This document shows, one piece after another, positions 18,395-28,084 of a stretch of DNA of 64,000 nt. Every line of letters begins with the position of its first letter. Positions within the stretch are counted from its first letter, which is position 1. The notes beneath the pieces are model-generated. The model had not been told where the DNA came from. It did not search any database and saw nothing but the letters and a program-made list of their open reading frames with translations. The position numbers were made by a program, and so were the translations under genes. The DNA is taken from positions 4,244 through 68,243 of the forward strand of contig JAJFHT010000071.1 of assembly GCA_021775495.1 (NCBI GenBank), written 5' to 3'. The DNA is from Hyphomicrobiales bacterium (GTDB taxonomy: Bacteria; Pseudomonadota; Alphaproteobacteria; Rhizobiales; Rhizobiaceae).

Positions 18395-18660
18395 CAATTG
18401 AATTCCTCTTTTTTCAACCGGCAAGCGGTCTCAGATACAAATCTCTTCCAAGCTCATTGTTGCCCAATTGGGGCGACAGAATGGCCGTTGGAGCGGGTGT
18501 TACACCGCAATCCCGTACGAATCCAGCCCCGATGACCGTGCTTTGGCCAATAGATTCGATTATGGTTTTCGACGCAGCGACGCGTGGAGCCCAGTCTGCC
18601 GGGCATGATAGGGTCCAGATGCGAATCATGGGTGTTTGAAACCGAACCGGAGAAATCGCT

Positions 18661-20469
18661 TTGCGTCCCATCCTGCTGCTCACACTGGCTCTTGCCGCGA
18701 GCCTGATTGCACTCCCCCAGACATCTTTTGCAGAGGCGCAACATGCCATCTCGATGCATGGCGACCCACAACTCAAACCCGGTTTTACCAACTTTCCCTA
18801 TGTCAATCCGGATGCCCCCAAGGCAGGCCGCATAAATTATGGTCTGCAAGGCACCTTCAACAGCCTGAATCCATTCATCGTGCAGGGAGATGCAGCCAGC
18901 GGCCTGTTCGACAGCACCTATGGCTACAATGTCTTTGAGAGCCTCATGGCGCGCTCCCGCGACGAGGCATTCACGCTCTATCCACTGATCGCTGAAAAGG
19001 TGGAGACGGACACAGAGAGAACCTTTGTCGAGTTCACGCTCGATCCGCGCGCTCGGTTTTCGGATGGAGAACCGATAACCCCGGAAGATGTGATTTTCTC
19101 GATGGAACTGTTGCGGGATAAAGCCAGACCGCTTTACCGGCGATGGATCGGGCTTGTCGACCGGATTGAGAAAGTCGGCGAGCGAGGCGTACGGTTCACA
19201 TTTGGCAGCGAAGCGGACCGGGAATTGCCGCTTTTGCTGGCGCTGCTGCCGATCTTGCCGAAACACGCCATCGACGCCGATGCATTCGACAAATCCAGCC
19301 TTGAGCCGATGACGGCGTCCGGACCGTATCGCATTGACCGTGTGGAACCGGGTGAACTGGTCGTTTTGAAACGCAATCCGGACTACTGGGCCAGAGATAT
19401 CCCCTCCAAGCGCGGCTTTGACAATTACGACGAGATTCGTATCACCTATTTTCGCGACGAAAACACGATGTTCGAGGCGTTCAAGAAGGGTCTTGTTGAC
19501 ATCTATCTGGAGAATGATCCGGGGCGTTGGTCGAACGGCTATGACTTCCCCGCTGTCTCGGATGGAAAAATCATCAAAGGAGATTTCACGACCGGCCTTC
19601 CTTCGGGGATGTACGGCTTTGTCTTCAATTCGAGGCGGGCAGTGTTCCAGGATCGGGCCGTGCGCGAAGCATTGAGCAAGCTGTTCGATTTCGAGTGGGC
19701 GAACAAGAACCTGTTTTTCGATGTCTACACCCGGACCAGGAGTTTCTTCGATGGTTCAGAACTTGCCGCCAGCAGCAATCCCGCAGACGAGCTGGAAAAA
19801 AAGCTGCTTGCTGACTATCCTGACAGCGTGACGCCCGATGTGTTGACAGGCGAATATGCACCGCCGGTTTCGGACGGTTCGGGCCGGGACCGCAAGTTCC
19901 TGAAAGAAGGTTTCAATGCCCTTCGAAAGGCCGGCTTCAATCTGAAAGACCGCAGGTTGACCGGTCCAGATGGCAAGCAATTGTCCTTTGAGTTGTTGTT
20001 GCGCGGCAAATCGGGGCAGCAATTGGCGGTCGCCTGGCAGCGAACCCTTGGAAAAATCGGAATTGAAATGTCGATCCGGAGTGTCGACAGCGCGCAGTAT
20101 CTGCAGCGTCAGCAGACCTACGACTACGACATGATTCTGATGCGTTACTTTTCGTCTCTCTCACCCGGTGCTGAACAAATCGGCCGGTGGGGATCCAACT
20201 CGAGGGACGCTGACGGAACCTACAATTTTGCCGGGGTTGCCGACCCCGCCGTCGATGCGATGATCGCACATTTGATGAATGCCCGTGACCGCAGAGAGTT
20301 TGTCAGCGCGGTGCGCGCTTATGATCGCGTTTTGTTGTCTGGCGCCTGGGTCGTGCCGCTTTATCATCGGAACGAGAAATGGGTGGCACGGCGCAAATTC
20401 ATCGAGCATCCGGAAAACACGCCACTCTACGGCCCGCAGTTTCAGACCTGGTGGTCGACCGCGGAATAG
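18661..20469 (+). CDS. ABC transporter substrate-binding protein, family 5 (YejA/oligopeptide-like)
   Basis: 602 aa. TTG start with GGAG 9 nt upstream and a signal peptide (LTLALAASLIALPQTSFA). YejA-like blocks (HGDPQLKPGFTNFPYVNPDAPKGG-like). No cognate permease or ATPase genes adjacent. Confidence 0.8.
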   Translation: MRPILLLTLALAASLIALPQTSFAEAQHAISMHGDPQLKPGFTNFPYVNPDAPKAGRINYGLQGTFNSLNPFIVQGDAASGLFDSTYGYNVFESLMARSRDEAFTLYPLIAEKVETDTERTFVEFTLDPRARFSDGEPITPEDVIFSMELLRDKARPLYRRWIGLVDRIEKVGERGVRFTFGSEADRELPLLLALLPILPKHAIDADAFDKSSLEPMTASGPYRIDRVEPGELVVLKRNPDYWARDIPSKRGFDNYDEIRITYFRDENTMFEAFKKGLVDIYLENDPGRWSNGYDFPAVSDGKIIKGDFTTGLPSGMYGFVFNSRRAVFQDRAVREALSKLFDFEWANKNLFFDVYTRTRSFFDGSELAASSNPADELEKKLLADYPDSVTPDVLTGEYAPPVSDGSGRDRKFLKEGFNALRKAGFNLKDRRLTGPDGKQLSFELLLRGKSGQQLAVAWQRTLGKIGIEMSIRSVDSAQYLQRQQTYDYDMILMRYFSSLSPGAEQIGRWGSNSRDADGTYNFAGVADPAVDAMIAHLMNARDRREFVSAVRAYDRVLLSGAWVVPLYHRNEKWVARRKFIEHPENTPLYGPQFQTWWSTAE

Positions 20470-20486
20470 GTTCGGGAAAAGTTGCC

Positions 20487-21173
20487 ATGAGCGAAGCAGC
20501 CGAATTGCACACCGAAAAACTGCAGATAGACGTGGTGTCGGACGTGATGTGTCCGTGGTGTTATATCGGCCAAAAACGACTCGAAAAGGCGATGGCGACC
20601 CTGCCCAAGGTGCCCGTCGAGATTCGCTGGCGACCGTTTCAACTCGATCCGACACTGCCGGCCGGCGGCAAGGATCGCAAAACCTATCTCAGTGAAAAAT
20701 TCGGCGGTGAGGAACAGGCGCAATCGATTTATGCGAACATCAAGACGGCGGGGAATGCGGAAGACATCGAGTTTGACTTCGAGGCGATCGCGGTATCGCC
20801 GAACACACTTGATGCCCATCGCCTCATACGCTGGGCCGGTGCGCTGGGATATGATGTGCAGGACAAGGTCGTGCGCAGATTGTTTGCATTGTTTTTCGAA
20901 CAGGGGATCAACATCGGTCAGCATACCGTCCTGATAGATGTCGCCAGGGATTGCGGCATGGACGCATCGATCGTGGAGTCACTACTAGTGACCGATGCCG
21001 ATGTTGAGGCCGTCAAATCCGAAATCGCGACCGCCAACCGCATGGGGATCAACGGTGTTCCCTGTTTCGTCATCGACAACAAATACGCCGTGATGGGGGC
21101 ACAAGATCCGGGTGCCCTCGCCGATGCGATCCGAAAAGTCAGTGAAGCCAAATTGTCTGGCGAGACTCCCTGA
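20487..21173 (+). CDS. DsbA-family oxidoreductase (FrnE/2-hydroxychromene-2-carboxylate isomerase-like)
   Basis: CPWC active-site motif in IDVVSDVMCPWCYIGQKRLE. Start re-set to the ATG at 20487, since the upstream part of the track ORF overlaps the SBP gene. Confidence 0.8.
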   Translation: MSEAAELHTEKLQIDVVSDVMCPWCYIGQKRLEKAMATLPKVPVEIRWRPFQLDPTLPAGGKDRKTYLSEKFGGEEQAQSIYANIKTAGNAEDIEFDFEAIAVSPNTLDAHRLIRWAGALGYDVQDKVVRRLFALFFEQGINIGQHTVLIDVARDCGMDASIVESLLVTDADVEAVKSEIATANRMGINGVPCFVIDNKYAVMGAQDPGALADAIRKVSEAKLSGETP

Positions 21174-21185
21174 ATTCGTTCGGGT

Positions 21186-24100
21186 TCAAGCCGCCTCAGG
21201 CCGCACAAGCCTGGTCAATTGAGTCATGATCACAGCGGCGCCTGCAAGCCGTTTTTCCGGCGTCGGCCAGTCGCGGATAAAGACGACACTCTGATCGGGT
21301 CTTATCTTGGCCAGCGACCTCTGTTCGGCGATCATTGCCACCAGTGCCGCCGGATTACTGAATTCATTGTTGCGAAATCCAACCACGACACCTTTCGGTC
21401 CGGCGTCAAGTTTTGCGACATTGGCCCGGCGGCAAAGCGCCTTGATATAGACGATCTTCAACAGGTGTTCGACTTCTTCGGGCAAAGGTCCGAACCGGTC
21501 GATCAATTCTGCACCGAACCCGTCAATCTCACCTGCATCTCTCAACTCACCAAGCCGCCGGTATAGCCCGAGCCGTAATTGAAGGTCCGGCACGTAAGTT
21601 TCCGGGATCATCACGGCAAGCCCGATCGTGATCTGCGGAGACCAGTTTCCGTCAGTTTCGCTGCCGGTTCCCTTCAGTTCCGCAACGGTTTCTTCCAGCA
21701 TCTGCTGGTAGAGTTCGTAGCCGACCTCGCGAATGTGCCCTGATTGCTCCTCACCAAGCAGATTGCCGGCACCGCGATGGTCAAGATCATGGCTGGCAAG
21801 CTGGAAACCCGCGCCCAGCGTATCGAGCGACTGCAACACTTTCAGCCGGCGCTCGGCTGTTGCGGTCAATGTCCGGTTTGCCGGCAGAGTCAGCAATGCG
21901 TAGGCCCTGAGTTTGGAACGGCCGACCCGCCCTCGCAGCTGGTACAATTGCGCCAGGCCAAACATATCAGCCCGGTGAACCACCAGCGTGTTTGCCGAAG
22001 GTATGTCCAGCCCCGATTCGACAATTGTCGTCGACAGCAAAACATCATACTTGCCGTCATAGAAGGCGTTCATAATGTCATCGAGCTCGCCCGGCGCCAT
22101 GCGCCCATGGGCGGTCGCGACTTTCAATTCGGGAACCGTTTCGGCCAGGAAACTGCGCACGTCGTCGAGATCGGAAATACGCGGAACGACATAAAAACTC
22201 TGACCGCCACGATATCGCTCCCGCAACAGTGTTTCGCGAATGACCAATCCGTCAAAAGGCGAAATGAATGTGCGAACTGCAAGCCGGTCGGCCGGTGCCG
22301 TGGTGATCAGCGAGAGCTCGCGCACACCGGTCAAAGCCAGTTGAAGTGTTCGGGGAATCGGGGTGGCCGACAATGTCAGCACATGAACATCGCTCTTCAG
22401 TTCTTTCAGCCGTTCCTTGTGTTTGACGCCAAAATGCTGCTCTTCGTCGATAATGAGCAAGCCCAGGCTCCTGAATTCGATCGAATTGGCCAGAAGCGCA
22501 TGTGTGCCGATAACGATGTCCTGCGTGCCGTCGGCAAGCGCCTGCTTGGTGGCAGCGGCCTCCTTGGCTCCGACCAGCCGCGACAGTTGGCCAACCTTGA
22601 CCGGCAGTCCCGAAAAGCGCTCCCGGAAGGTTGCGTAGTGCTGGCGCGCCAGCAGCGTTGTCGGAACCACTATGGCCGTTTGAAGCCCTTCCATGGCGGT
22701 CACGAAGGCTGCCCTTAACGCAACTTCGGTCTTCCCGAAACCGACATCACCACATATCAATCGGTCCATCGGCCGGCCGGCTGAAAGATCGCCGAGAACC
22801 GCGTCGATCGCCGATTGCTGGTCTTCCGTTTCGTCATAGGGGAACCGAGCAGAAAACTCGCCATAAACACCATCAGGCGGCGACAACACCGGCGCGCCGC
22901 GCATTTCACGCTCAGCGGCAATCCGGATCAGGTGACCTGCCATCTCCAGCAGACGTTTCTTAAGTTTGGCCTTGCGGGACTGCCAGGCCACGCCGCCGAG
23001 CTTGTCGAGGGTCGCAATGGCCTCTTCTGATCCATAACGCGACAGCAGCTCGATGTTTTCGACCGGCAAAAACAGTCGGTCATCTCCGGCATAGTGGAGT
23101 TCGAGACATTCATGCGGAGCCCCGGCCGCCTCAATGGTTCGAAGCCCGATGAAACGCCCAATACCATGATCGACATGGACGACAATATCGCCGGATGACA
23201 ACGCCGCGGCTTCCGAAAGAAAATCGGCGGCGCGGCGTTTTTTGCGCGACTGCCGGACCAGGCGGTCGCCAAGAATGTCCTGCTCGGCAACGAAAACCAA
23301 ATCCGGCGTTGAGAAGCCGGTTTCCAGAGGCAGTTCAGCAAAACCGGTTGATGTACCGTTCAGCCCACCCACTGCCGACAGATCCGCAATGACCGCCGTC
23401 GTGCCGATATTGTGCTCTTCAAGAATTTGACGCAAACGGTCGACTGAACCCTCGGTCCAGCCGGCAACAACAACCTTCCGACCGGCCTGGCGTTCTTCCT
23501 TGATGTGCGAAACAACCCGATCGAAGACGTTGATATTCGGATCAGCTCTCTCGCCTGCAAAATTATGTCCCGAACTGGAATTGGCATGAAACGCGTCGTG
23601 TTTTCCGGCATCCGGCCGGGAAAACGGTGTCAGTTCAATTCTTGTCCGATCACCAAGCGCGGATTCCACTGCATCGGGATCGAGAAAAAGCGCGTCCGGA
23701 TGTACCGGTTGATAGGGTATGGCTTCGCCGATCTGACTCCCGTCAGACTGGAGTTTACGAGCTTCATAGTGATCGAGGATCAGTTTATGGCGCTCGGTTA
23801 TCGCCTCTTTGGTGAGATGATCGAACACCACCGGCGCGTCGGGCAAGTAGTCGAAGATCGTTTCCAGCCGCTCGTAGAACAGTGGCAGCCAATGCTCCAG
23901 CCCGGCAAAGCGACGCCCCTCGCTGACAGCCTGGTACAGCGCGTCCTCACGGGAAGGAACGCCGAACATTTCGACATATTGCCGGCGAAAGCGGTTGATT
24001 GTCTTTTCACCAAGGGTCACTTCGCTCATCGGCTGAAACGATACGTCTCGCCGCTGGCCGGTCGTACGTTGGGTTGAAGCATCAAATGCGCGAATCGACT

Positions 24101-24686
24101 CCAGCGTATCGCCAAAAAAGTCTAACCTCAGCGGTTCATTGGCGCCTGGGATGAAAAGATCAAGAATACCACCCCTGACCGCGTATTCTCCGACTTCCCG
24201 AACGGTTGGGGTGCGTTCGAACCCATTGTTCTCAAGCCGCGCGACCAGCCCTTTCATGTCAATCTGGGCACCTGGACGGGCTTCGAACACATGATCGGAA
24301 ACAACGTCTCTCGGCGGCATGCGTTGCAACAGGGCATTGGCAGTGGTCAGAACAACGGCGGGATGAGGTTCTTGCTGCAGCGCGATCATTGCAGCAAAGG
24401 CATCCAGCCGGCGGGCTGCGGTATCGGCGCCGGGTGAAACACGGTCGTAAGGAAGGCAATCCCAACCGGGTAACGTGAGACATGGCAAGGATGGATTGAC
24501 GAATGCCAACGCCCGCGCCAGGCCCGGCAAACGCTGTCCATCACGGATGACAAAAACAATCGGTCCGCCGCCGGTCTCGGCGGCAATCCGGTCCACAACG
24601 AAGGCCTCATAGCCGTCGGCAACGCCATCGACGGTGAACGCCCCTTTCCGTCCGGGTTCAAACCCGATAACTGGAAGCAATTTCAT
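21186..24686 (-). CDS. mfd: transcription-repair coupling factor
   Basis: 1166 aa. UvrB-homology N-terminus, RNAP-interacting domain, superfamily-2 helicase motifs (GDVGFGKTEVA, DEEQHFG) and a TRG/C-terminal domain. Confidence 0.95.
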   Translation of the reverse strand: MKLLPVIGFEPGRKGAFTVDGVADGYEAFVVDRIAAETGGGPIVFVIRDGQRLPGLARALAFVNPSLPCLTLPGWDCLPYDRVSPGADTAARRLDAFAAMIALQQEPHPAVVLTTANALLQRMPPRDVVSDHVFEARPGAQIDMKGLVARLENNGFERTPTVREVGEYAVRGGILDLFIPGANEPLRLDFFGDTLESIRAFDASTQRTTGQRRDVSFQPMSEVTLGEKTINRFRRQYVEMFGVPSREDALYQAVSEGRRFAGLEHWLPLFYERLETIFDYLPDAPVVFDHLTKEAITERHKLILDHYEARKLQSDGSQIGEAIPYQPVHPDALFLDPDAVESALGDRTRIELTPFSRPDAGKHDAFHANSSSGHNFAGERADPNINVFDRVVSHIKEERQAGRKVVVAGWTEGSVDRLRQILEEHNIGTTAVIADLSAVGGLNGTSTGFAELPLETGFSTPDLVFVAEQDILGDRLVRQSRKKRRAADFLSEAAALSSGDIVVHVDHGIGRFIGLRTIEAAGAPHECLELHYAGDDRLFLPVENIELLSRYGSEEAIATLDKLGGVAWQSRKAKLKKRLLEMAGHLIRIAAEREMRGAPVLSPPDGVYGEFSARFPYDETEDQQSAIDAVLGDLSAGRPMDRLICGDVGFGKTEVALRAAFVTAMEGLQTAIVVPTTLLARQHYATFRERFSGLPVKVGQLSRLVGAKEAAATKQALADGTQDIVIGTHALLANSIEFRSLGLLIIDEEQHFGVKHKERLKELKSDVHVLTLSATPIPRTLQLALTGVRELSLITTAPADRLAVRTFISPFDGLVIRETLLRERYRGGQSFYVVPRISDLDDVRSFLAETVPELKVATAHGRMAPGELDDIMNAFYDGKYDVLLSTTIVESGLDIPSANTLVVHRADMFGLAQLYQLRGRVGRSKLRAYALLTLPANRTLTATAERRLKVLQSLDTLGAGFQLASHDLDHRGAGNLLGEEQSGHIREVGYELYQQMLEETVAELKGTGSETDGNWSPQITIGLAVMIPETYVPDLQLRLGLYRRLGELRDAGEIDGFGAELIDRFGPLPEEVEHLLKIVYIKALCRRANVAKLDAGPKGVVVGFRNNEFSNPAALVAMIAEQRSLAKIRPDQSVVFIRDWPTPEKRLAGAAVIMTQLTRLVRPEAA

Positions 24687-24698
24687 GATCCTTTGCCT

Positions 24699-24986
24699 TC
24701 AGCTTGCCCTGGCTGAGCGGGAGGCAAGGATTTTTGCGAACACGGTAGTGTCGTAGCGAACCGGCACAGGCTCCTGGCCAACAATCCATTTCAGCACATC
24801 GGTGTCCGGAGCTTCCATCAAGCGTTCGAATTGCTGCAGTTCGTCGAGCGAAAGTGTCGCGATTTCACCATCGGCGAATTCGCCAAGAATGAGATCAAGT
24901 TCGCGCAAGCCCCTATGCCAGGCGCGAAACAGCGCCCGGCGACGTTGCTTGTCGAGATTCGACATTTGCTGACCGGTTTCGGTCAT
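24699..24986 (-). CDS. sdhE: FAD assembly factor SdhE (succinate dehydrogenase assembly factor 2, DUF339)
   Basis: 95-aa product from the ATG at 24986 containing the R-G-x-x-E motif (WHRGLRELDLIL) and LMEAPDTDVLKW. Lies 12 nt upstream of mfd. The rest of the 351-aa track ORF is antisense to recG. Confidence 0.8.
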   Translation of the reverse strand: MTETGQQMSNLDKQRRRALFRAWHRGLRELDLILGEFADGEIATLSLDELQQFERLMEAPDTDVLKWIVGQEPVPVRYDTTVFAKILASRSARAS

Positions 24987-25139
24987 TTTCCGGCAACTCC
25001 ATCTAACCGGCGGGCTATACCTTGGATGAGCAACGCTGTCAGCCTTGCATCCAAGGAATCTGAAAATAATACCAACAGCGCTTGATAGAGACTCATCTGA
25101 TGGGACACAATCAGCGACCATAGGAATAAGCTGCCCCAC

Positions 25140-27248
25140 ATGCGCCCTTCTCTGCTTGATCCGCTTTTCGCACCGGCCACTTCGCTGACCGGTGTCGGGG
25201 CGAAAATCGCCGCACTTTTGACGAGAGTGCTGCCGTCGGTTCTTGAAGATCGGGAACCACGTGTCGGCGATCTGCTTTTCGTCCTGCCACACTCGATCAT
25301 CGACCGGCGCAGCAGACCGGGAATTGCTAATGCGGTCGAGGGCGCAATCGTCACTCTCGACCTGCATGTCGACCAGCACATGCCGGCGCCGCCAGGCAGA
25401 AAGAACGTTCCACACCGCGTGCTCGCTCACGATGATACTGGTGACATCACGCTGGTGTTCTTCCACGCCAAACGACCGTGGTTGGAAAACGCCATGCCGA
25501 TTGGCGAGGATATCGTCGTCAGCGGCAAGCTGGAATGGTTCAATGATCGTCCGAATATGGTCCACCCCGATCATATCGCATTGGCAAGCGAGGCCGATAC
25601 GTTGCCGTTGCTGGAGCCGGTATACCCTTTGACCGCCGGTCTTTCGGCACGTGTTCTCAGGCGCATAGCCACGCAAGCCCTGACCCGGCTGCCAAAGTTG
25701 CCGGAGTGGCTCGACCCGGAGCTGAAACGAAGACAGACATTTCCTGATTTTCATGATGCCCTGGAACGATTACACCATCCGACCGACCCGCTTGATGTGT
25801 CACCGGACAATCCGGCGCGGCGCAGGCTGGCCTACGACGAACTACTTGCCGGACAGCTATCACTTGCCATGGTGCGGTTGCGCGCCAAAAGGCTTGCCGG
25901 GCGACCGTTGCATGGAGATGGAAGACTGCGCAGCAAGATACTGGCAGTGCTTCCCTATGTCCTGACAGGCAGCCAGCAACAGGCGGTTGCGGAGATATCG
26001 GCTGATCTTTCCAGGCCGGATCGCATGCTGCGGTTGCTGCAGGGAGATGTCGGATCCGGCAAAACCATCGTTGGATTGATGGCATTGGCACAGGCAATCG
26101 AAGCCGGCGGACAAGCCGCATTGATGGCACCAACGGAAATCCTGGCGCGTCAGCACTTCAGTACCATTGCGCCGCTGGCCGAGCGTGCCGGGCTGAAGGT
26201 GGCACTGCTGACAGGCCGCGAAAAAGGCGCCGCAAGAGAAAAGACCATTGCAGCACTGGAAAATGGTGAAATCGACTTGGCGATTGGAACCCATGCGCTG
26301 TTCCAGTCGACTGTCGAGTTCAAGAAACTGGTTTTTGTCGTCGTCGATGAACAACATCGCTTCGGCGTGCATCAGCGTCTTCAACTGACGGCAAAAGGCA
26401 GTGCCCCCGACATGCTGGTCATGACAGCGACACCGATCCCGCGCACGCTTGTCCTGACCGCTTTCGGCGACATGGATGTTTCACGCCTCACGGAAAAACC
26501 GGCCGGCCGCCGGCCCATTCACACCGTCACGATGCCGCACGAACGGATCGACGAGTTGGTGAACCGGGTCAGGTCGGCAATCGACGAAGGGCAGAAGGTC
26601 TACTGGATTTGCCCCCTGGTCGAGGATTCCGAGGAAGTCAATCTGACCTCTGCGGAAGATCGCTTCGCGCAGCTCAAACCGGTGTTCGGCGCACAAATAG
26701 GCCTGATACACGGGCGTATGAAAGGAAGCGCCAAGGACGCTGCGATGAATGCATTCAAGACAGGCGAGACGAAACTGCTGGTGGGAACAACTGTGGTGGA
26801 GGTGGGCGTCGATGTCCCTGACGCCACAATCATGGTGATAGAACATGCGGAGCGGTTCGGTCTGGCCCAGTTGCACCAGCTCCGCGGTCGTGTCGGCCGC
26901 GGCGACAAAGCATCAAGTTGCGTCCTGCTCTACAAGGCGCCGGTCGGCGAAATCGCCCATGCACGGCTTTCGGTCATGCGCCAAACAGAAGACGGGTTTC
27001 GCATCGCTGAAGAGGATTTGAAACTGCGCGGCGAAGGCGAACTCCTTGGAACACGGCAATCAGGTACTCCCGGCTTTCAGGTCGCCAGGCTGGAGTTTCA
27101 TTCCGATCTGCTTGAAATCGCCCGAAATGACGCGCGGGCGGTTGTTGAGAAGGATCCAATGCTCGAAACCGAAAGAGGAAATGCCCTGCGCATTCTGCTC
27201 TATCTGTTCGGGCGCGACGAGGCGATCCGGCTACTTCGTGCCGGTTAG
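25140..27248 (+). CDS. recG: ATP-dependent DNA helicase RecG
   Basis: 702 aa. MRPSLLDPLF N-terminus, wedge domain, helicase motifs GDVGSGKT, DEQHRFGV and QLHQLRGRVGRG. Confidence 0.95.
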   Translation: MRPSLLDPLFAPATSLTGVGAKIAALLTRVLPSVLEDREPRVGDLLFVLPHSIIDRRSRPGIANAVEGAIVTLDLHVDQHMPAPPGRKNVPHRVLAHDDTGDITLVFFHAKRPWLENAMPIGEDIVVSGKLEWFNDRPNMVHPDHIALASEADTLPLLEPVYPLTAGLSARVLRRIATQALTRLPKLPEWLDPELKRRQTFPDFHDALERLHHPTDPLDVSPDNPARRRLAYDELLAGQLSLAMVRLRAKRLAGRPLHGDGRLRSKILAVLPYVLTGSQQQAVAEISADLSRPDRMLRLLQGDVGSGKTIVGLMALAQAIEAGGQAALMAPTEILARQHFSTIAPLAERAGLKVALLTGREKGAAREKTIAALENGEIDLAIGTHALFQSTVEFKKLVFVVVDEQHRFGVHQRLQLTAKGSAPDMLVMTATPIPRTLVLTAFGDMDVSRLTEKPAGRRPIHTVTMPHERIDELVNRVRSAIDEGQKVYWICPLVEDSEEVNLTSAEDRFAQLKPVFGAQIGLIHGRMKGSAKDAAMNAFKTGETKLLVGTTVVEVGVDVPDATIMVIEHAERFGLAQLHQLRGRVGRGDKASSCVLLYKAPVGEIAHARLSVMRQTEDGFRIAEEDLKLRGEGELLGTRQSGTPGFQVARLEFHSDLLEIARNDARAVVEKDPMLETERGNALRILLYLFGRDEAIRLLRAG

Positions 27249-27968
27249 ATCTTTAACATTGACGTCGGAACCATCCCCGGGAGTGTCAGCGGCACCGGCA
27301 GACTCGGCAAGTGCTTTTGTCCGGGCCTGATATTCCGGCGTAACAAGACCGGCAGAGATCACCAGTTTTGCTGCATCCTCGACGCTCATGGAAAGCTCAA
27401 AAAGCGAGGTTTTCGGCACAAACAACAAAAATCCGGAAGTCGGATTTGGCGTGGTCGGCAGAAACACAGCCACCGCATCTCCGCCGCCGCCGGCATCAAC
27501 GGCCTCTCTGACTTCGCCCTCCGCTTCGGTGGCAATGAACACAAGCGCCCACAGGCCTTTGCGCGGGTATTCAATCAAGGCGACCTTTTCGAAGGTATCT
27601 GACTTTTCAGAAAGAACTGTCTGAAGAATCTGTTTCAAGCCATTGTAAATATTGCGAACCAACGGCATCTGGCTGAGCAGGTATTCACCATAGGATAGAA
27701 TGCTGCGCCCGATGAAGTTGGCCGTCAGGAACCCGATGACCGTGATCAGAACAATGGCCACGATCAGGCCGAAACCGGGAATGCTGATCGGCAAATAGGT
27801 GTCCGGATTGTAGACTTCCGGAATGTAGGGTTTCACCCAGGAATCGACCCAGCCGACAAAGGACCACGTCAGATAGGCGGTGACCGCCAACGGCGCACAA
27901 ATAACAAAACCCGTGAGGAAATAATTCCTCAATCGGGTCATCGCCGGAACTTTATGTGAATCAGCCAT
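27231..27968 (-). CDS. DUF502-family membrane protein
   Basis: 245 aa. N-terminal LRNYFLTGFVICAPLAVTAYL...SIPGFGLIVAIVLITVIGFLTANFIGR is typical of DUF502. 3' end overlaps convergent recG by 18 nt. Confidence 0.8.
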   Translation of the reverse strand: MADSHKVPAMTRLRNYFLTGFVICAPLAVTAYLTWSFVGWVDSWVKPYIPEVYNPDTYLPISIPGFGLIVAIVLITVIGFLTANFIGRSILSYGEYLLSQMPLVRNIYNGLKQILQTVLSEKSDTFEKVALIEYPRKGLWALVFIATEAEGEVREAVDAGGGGDAVAVFLPTTPNPTSGFLLFVPKTSLFELSMSVEDAAKLVISAGLVTPEYQARTKALAESAGAADTPGDGSDVNVKDLTGTK

Positions 27969-27983
27969 GCCTCACGCGCAATC

Positions 27984-28014
27984 AAAAGCGCGCTGACCCG
28001 TTACAGGTCAGCGC
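27984..28014 (-). terminator. intrinsic terminator downstream of glmS
   Basis: 9-bp stem GCGCTGACC/GGTCAGCGC (27990-28014) followed on the minus strand by CTTTTGATT. Confidence 0.5.
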
Positions 28015-28084
28015 TTGCAGGTACTCAGTAGCGGAATGTGGCGACGCACGGACGAAAGGTCAATGCCCGCAATGCCGCAGGGCG

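Noticed and set aside
24987-25754. N-terminal 256 aa of the 351-aa track ORF that ends as SdhE
   Set aside because: Only the last 95 aa (from the ATG at 24986) look like SdhE/DUF339. The upstream part runs antisense through the recG 5' region and crosses the divergent promoter region.
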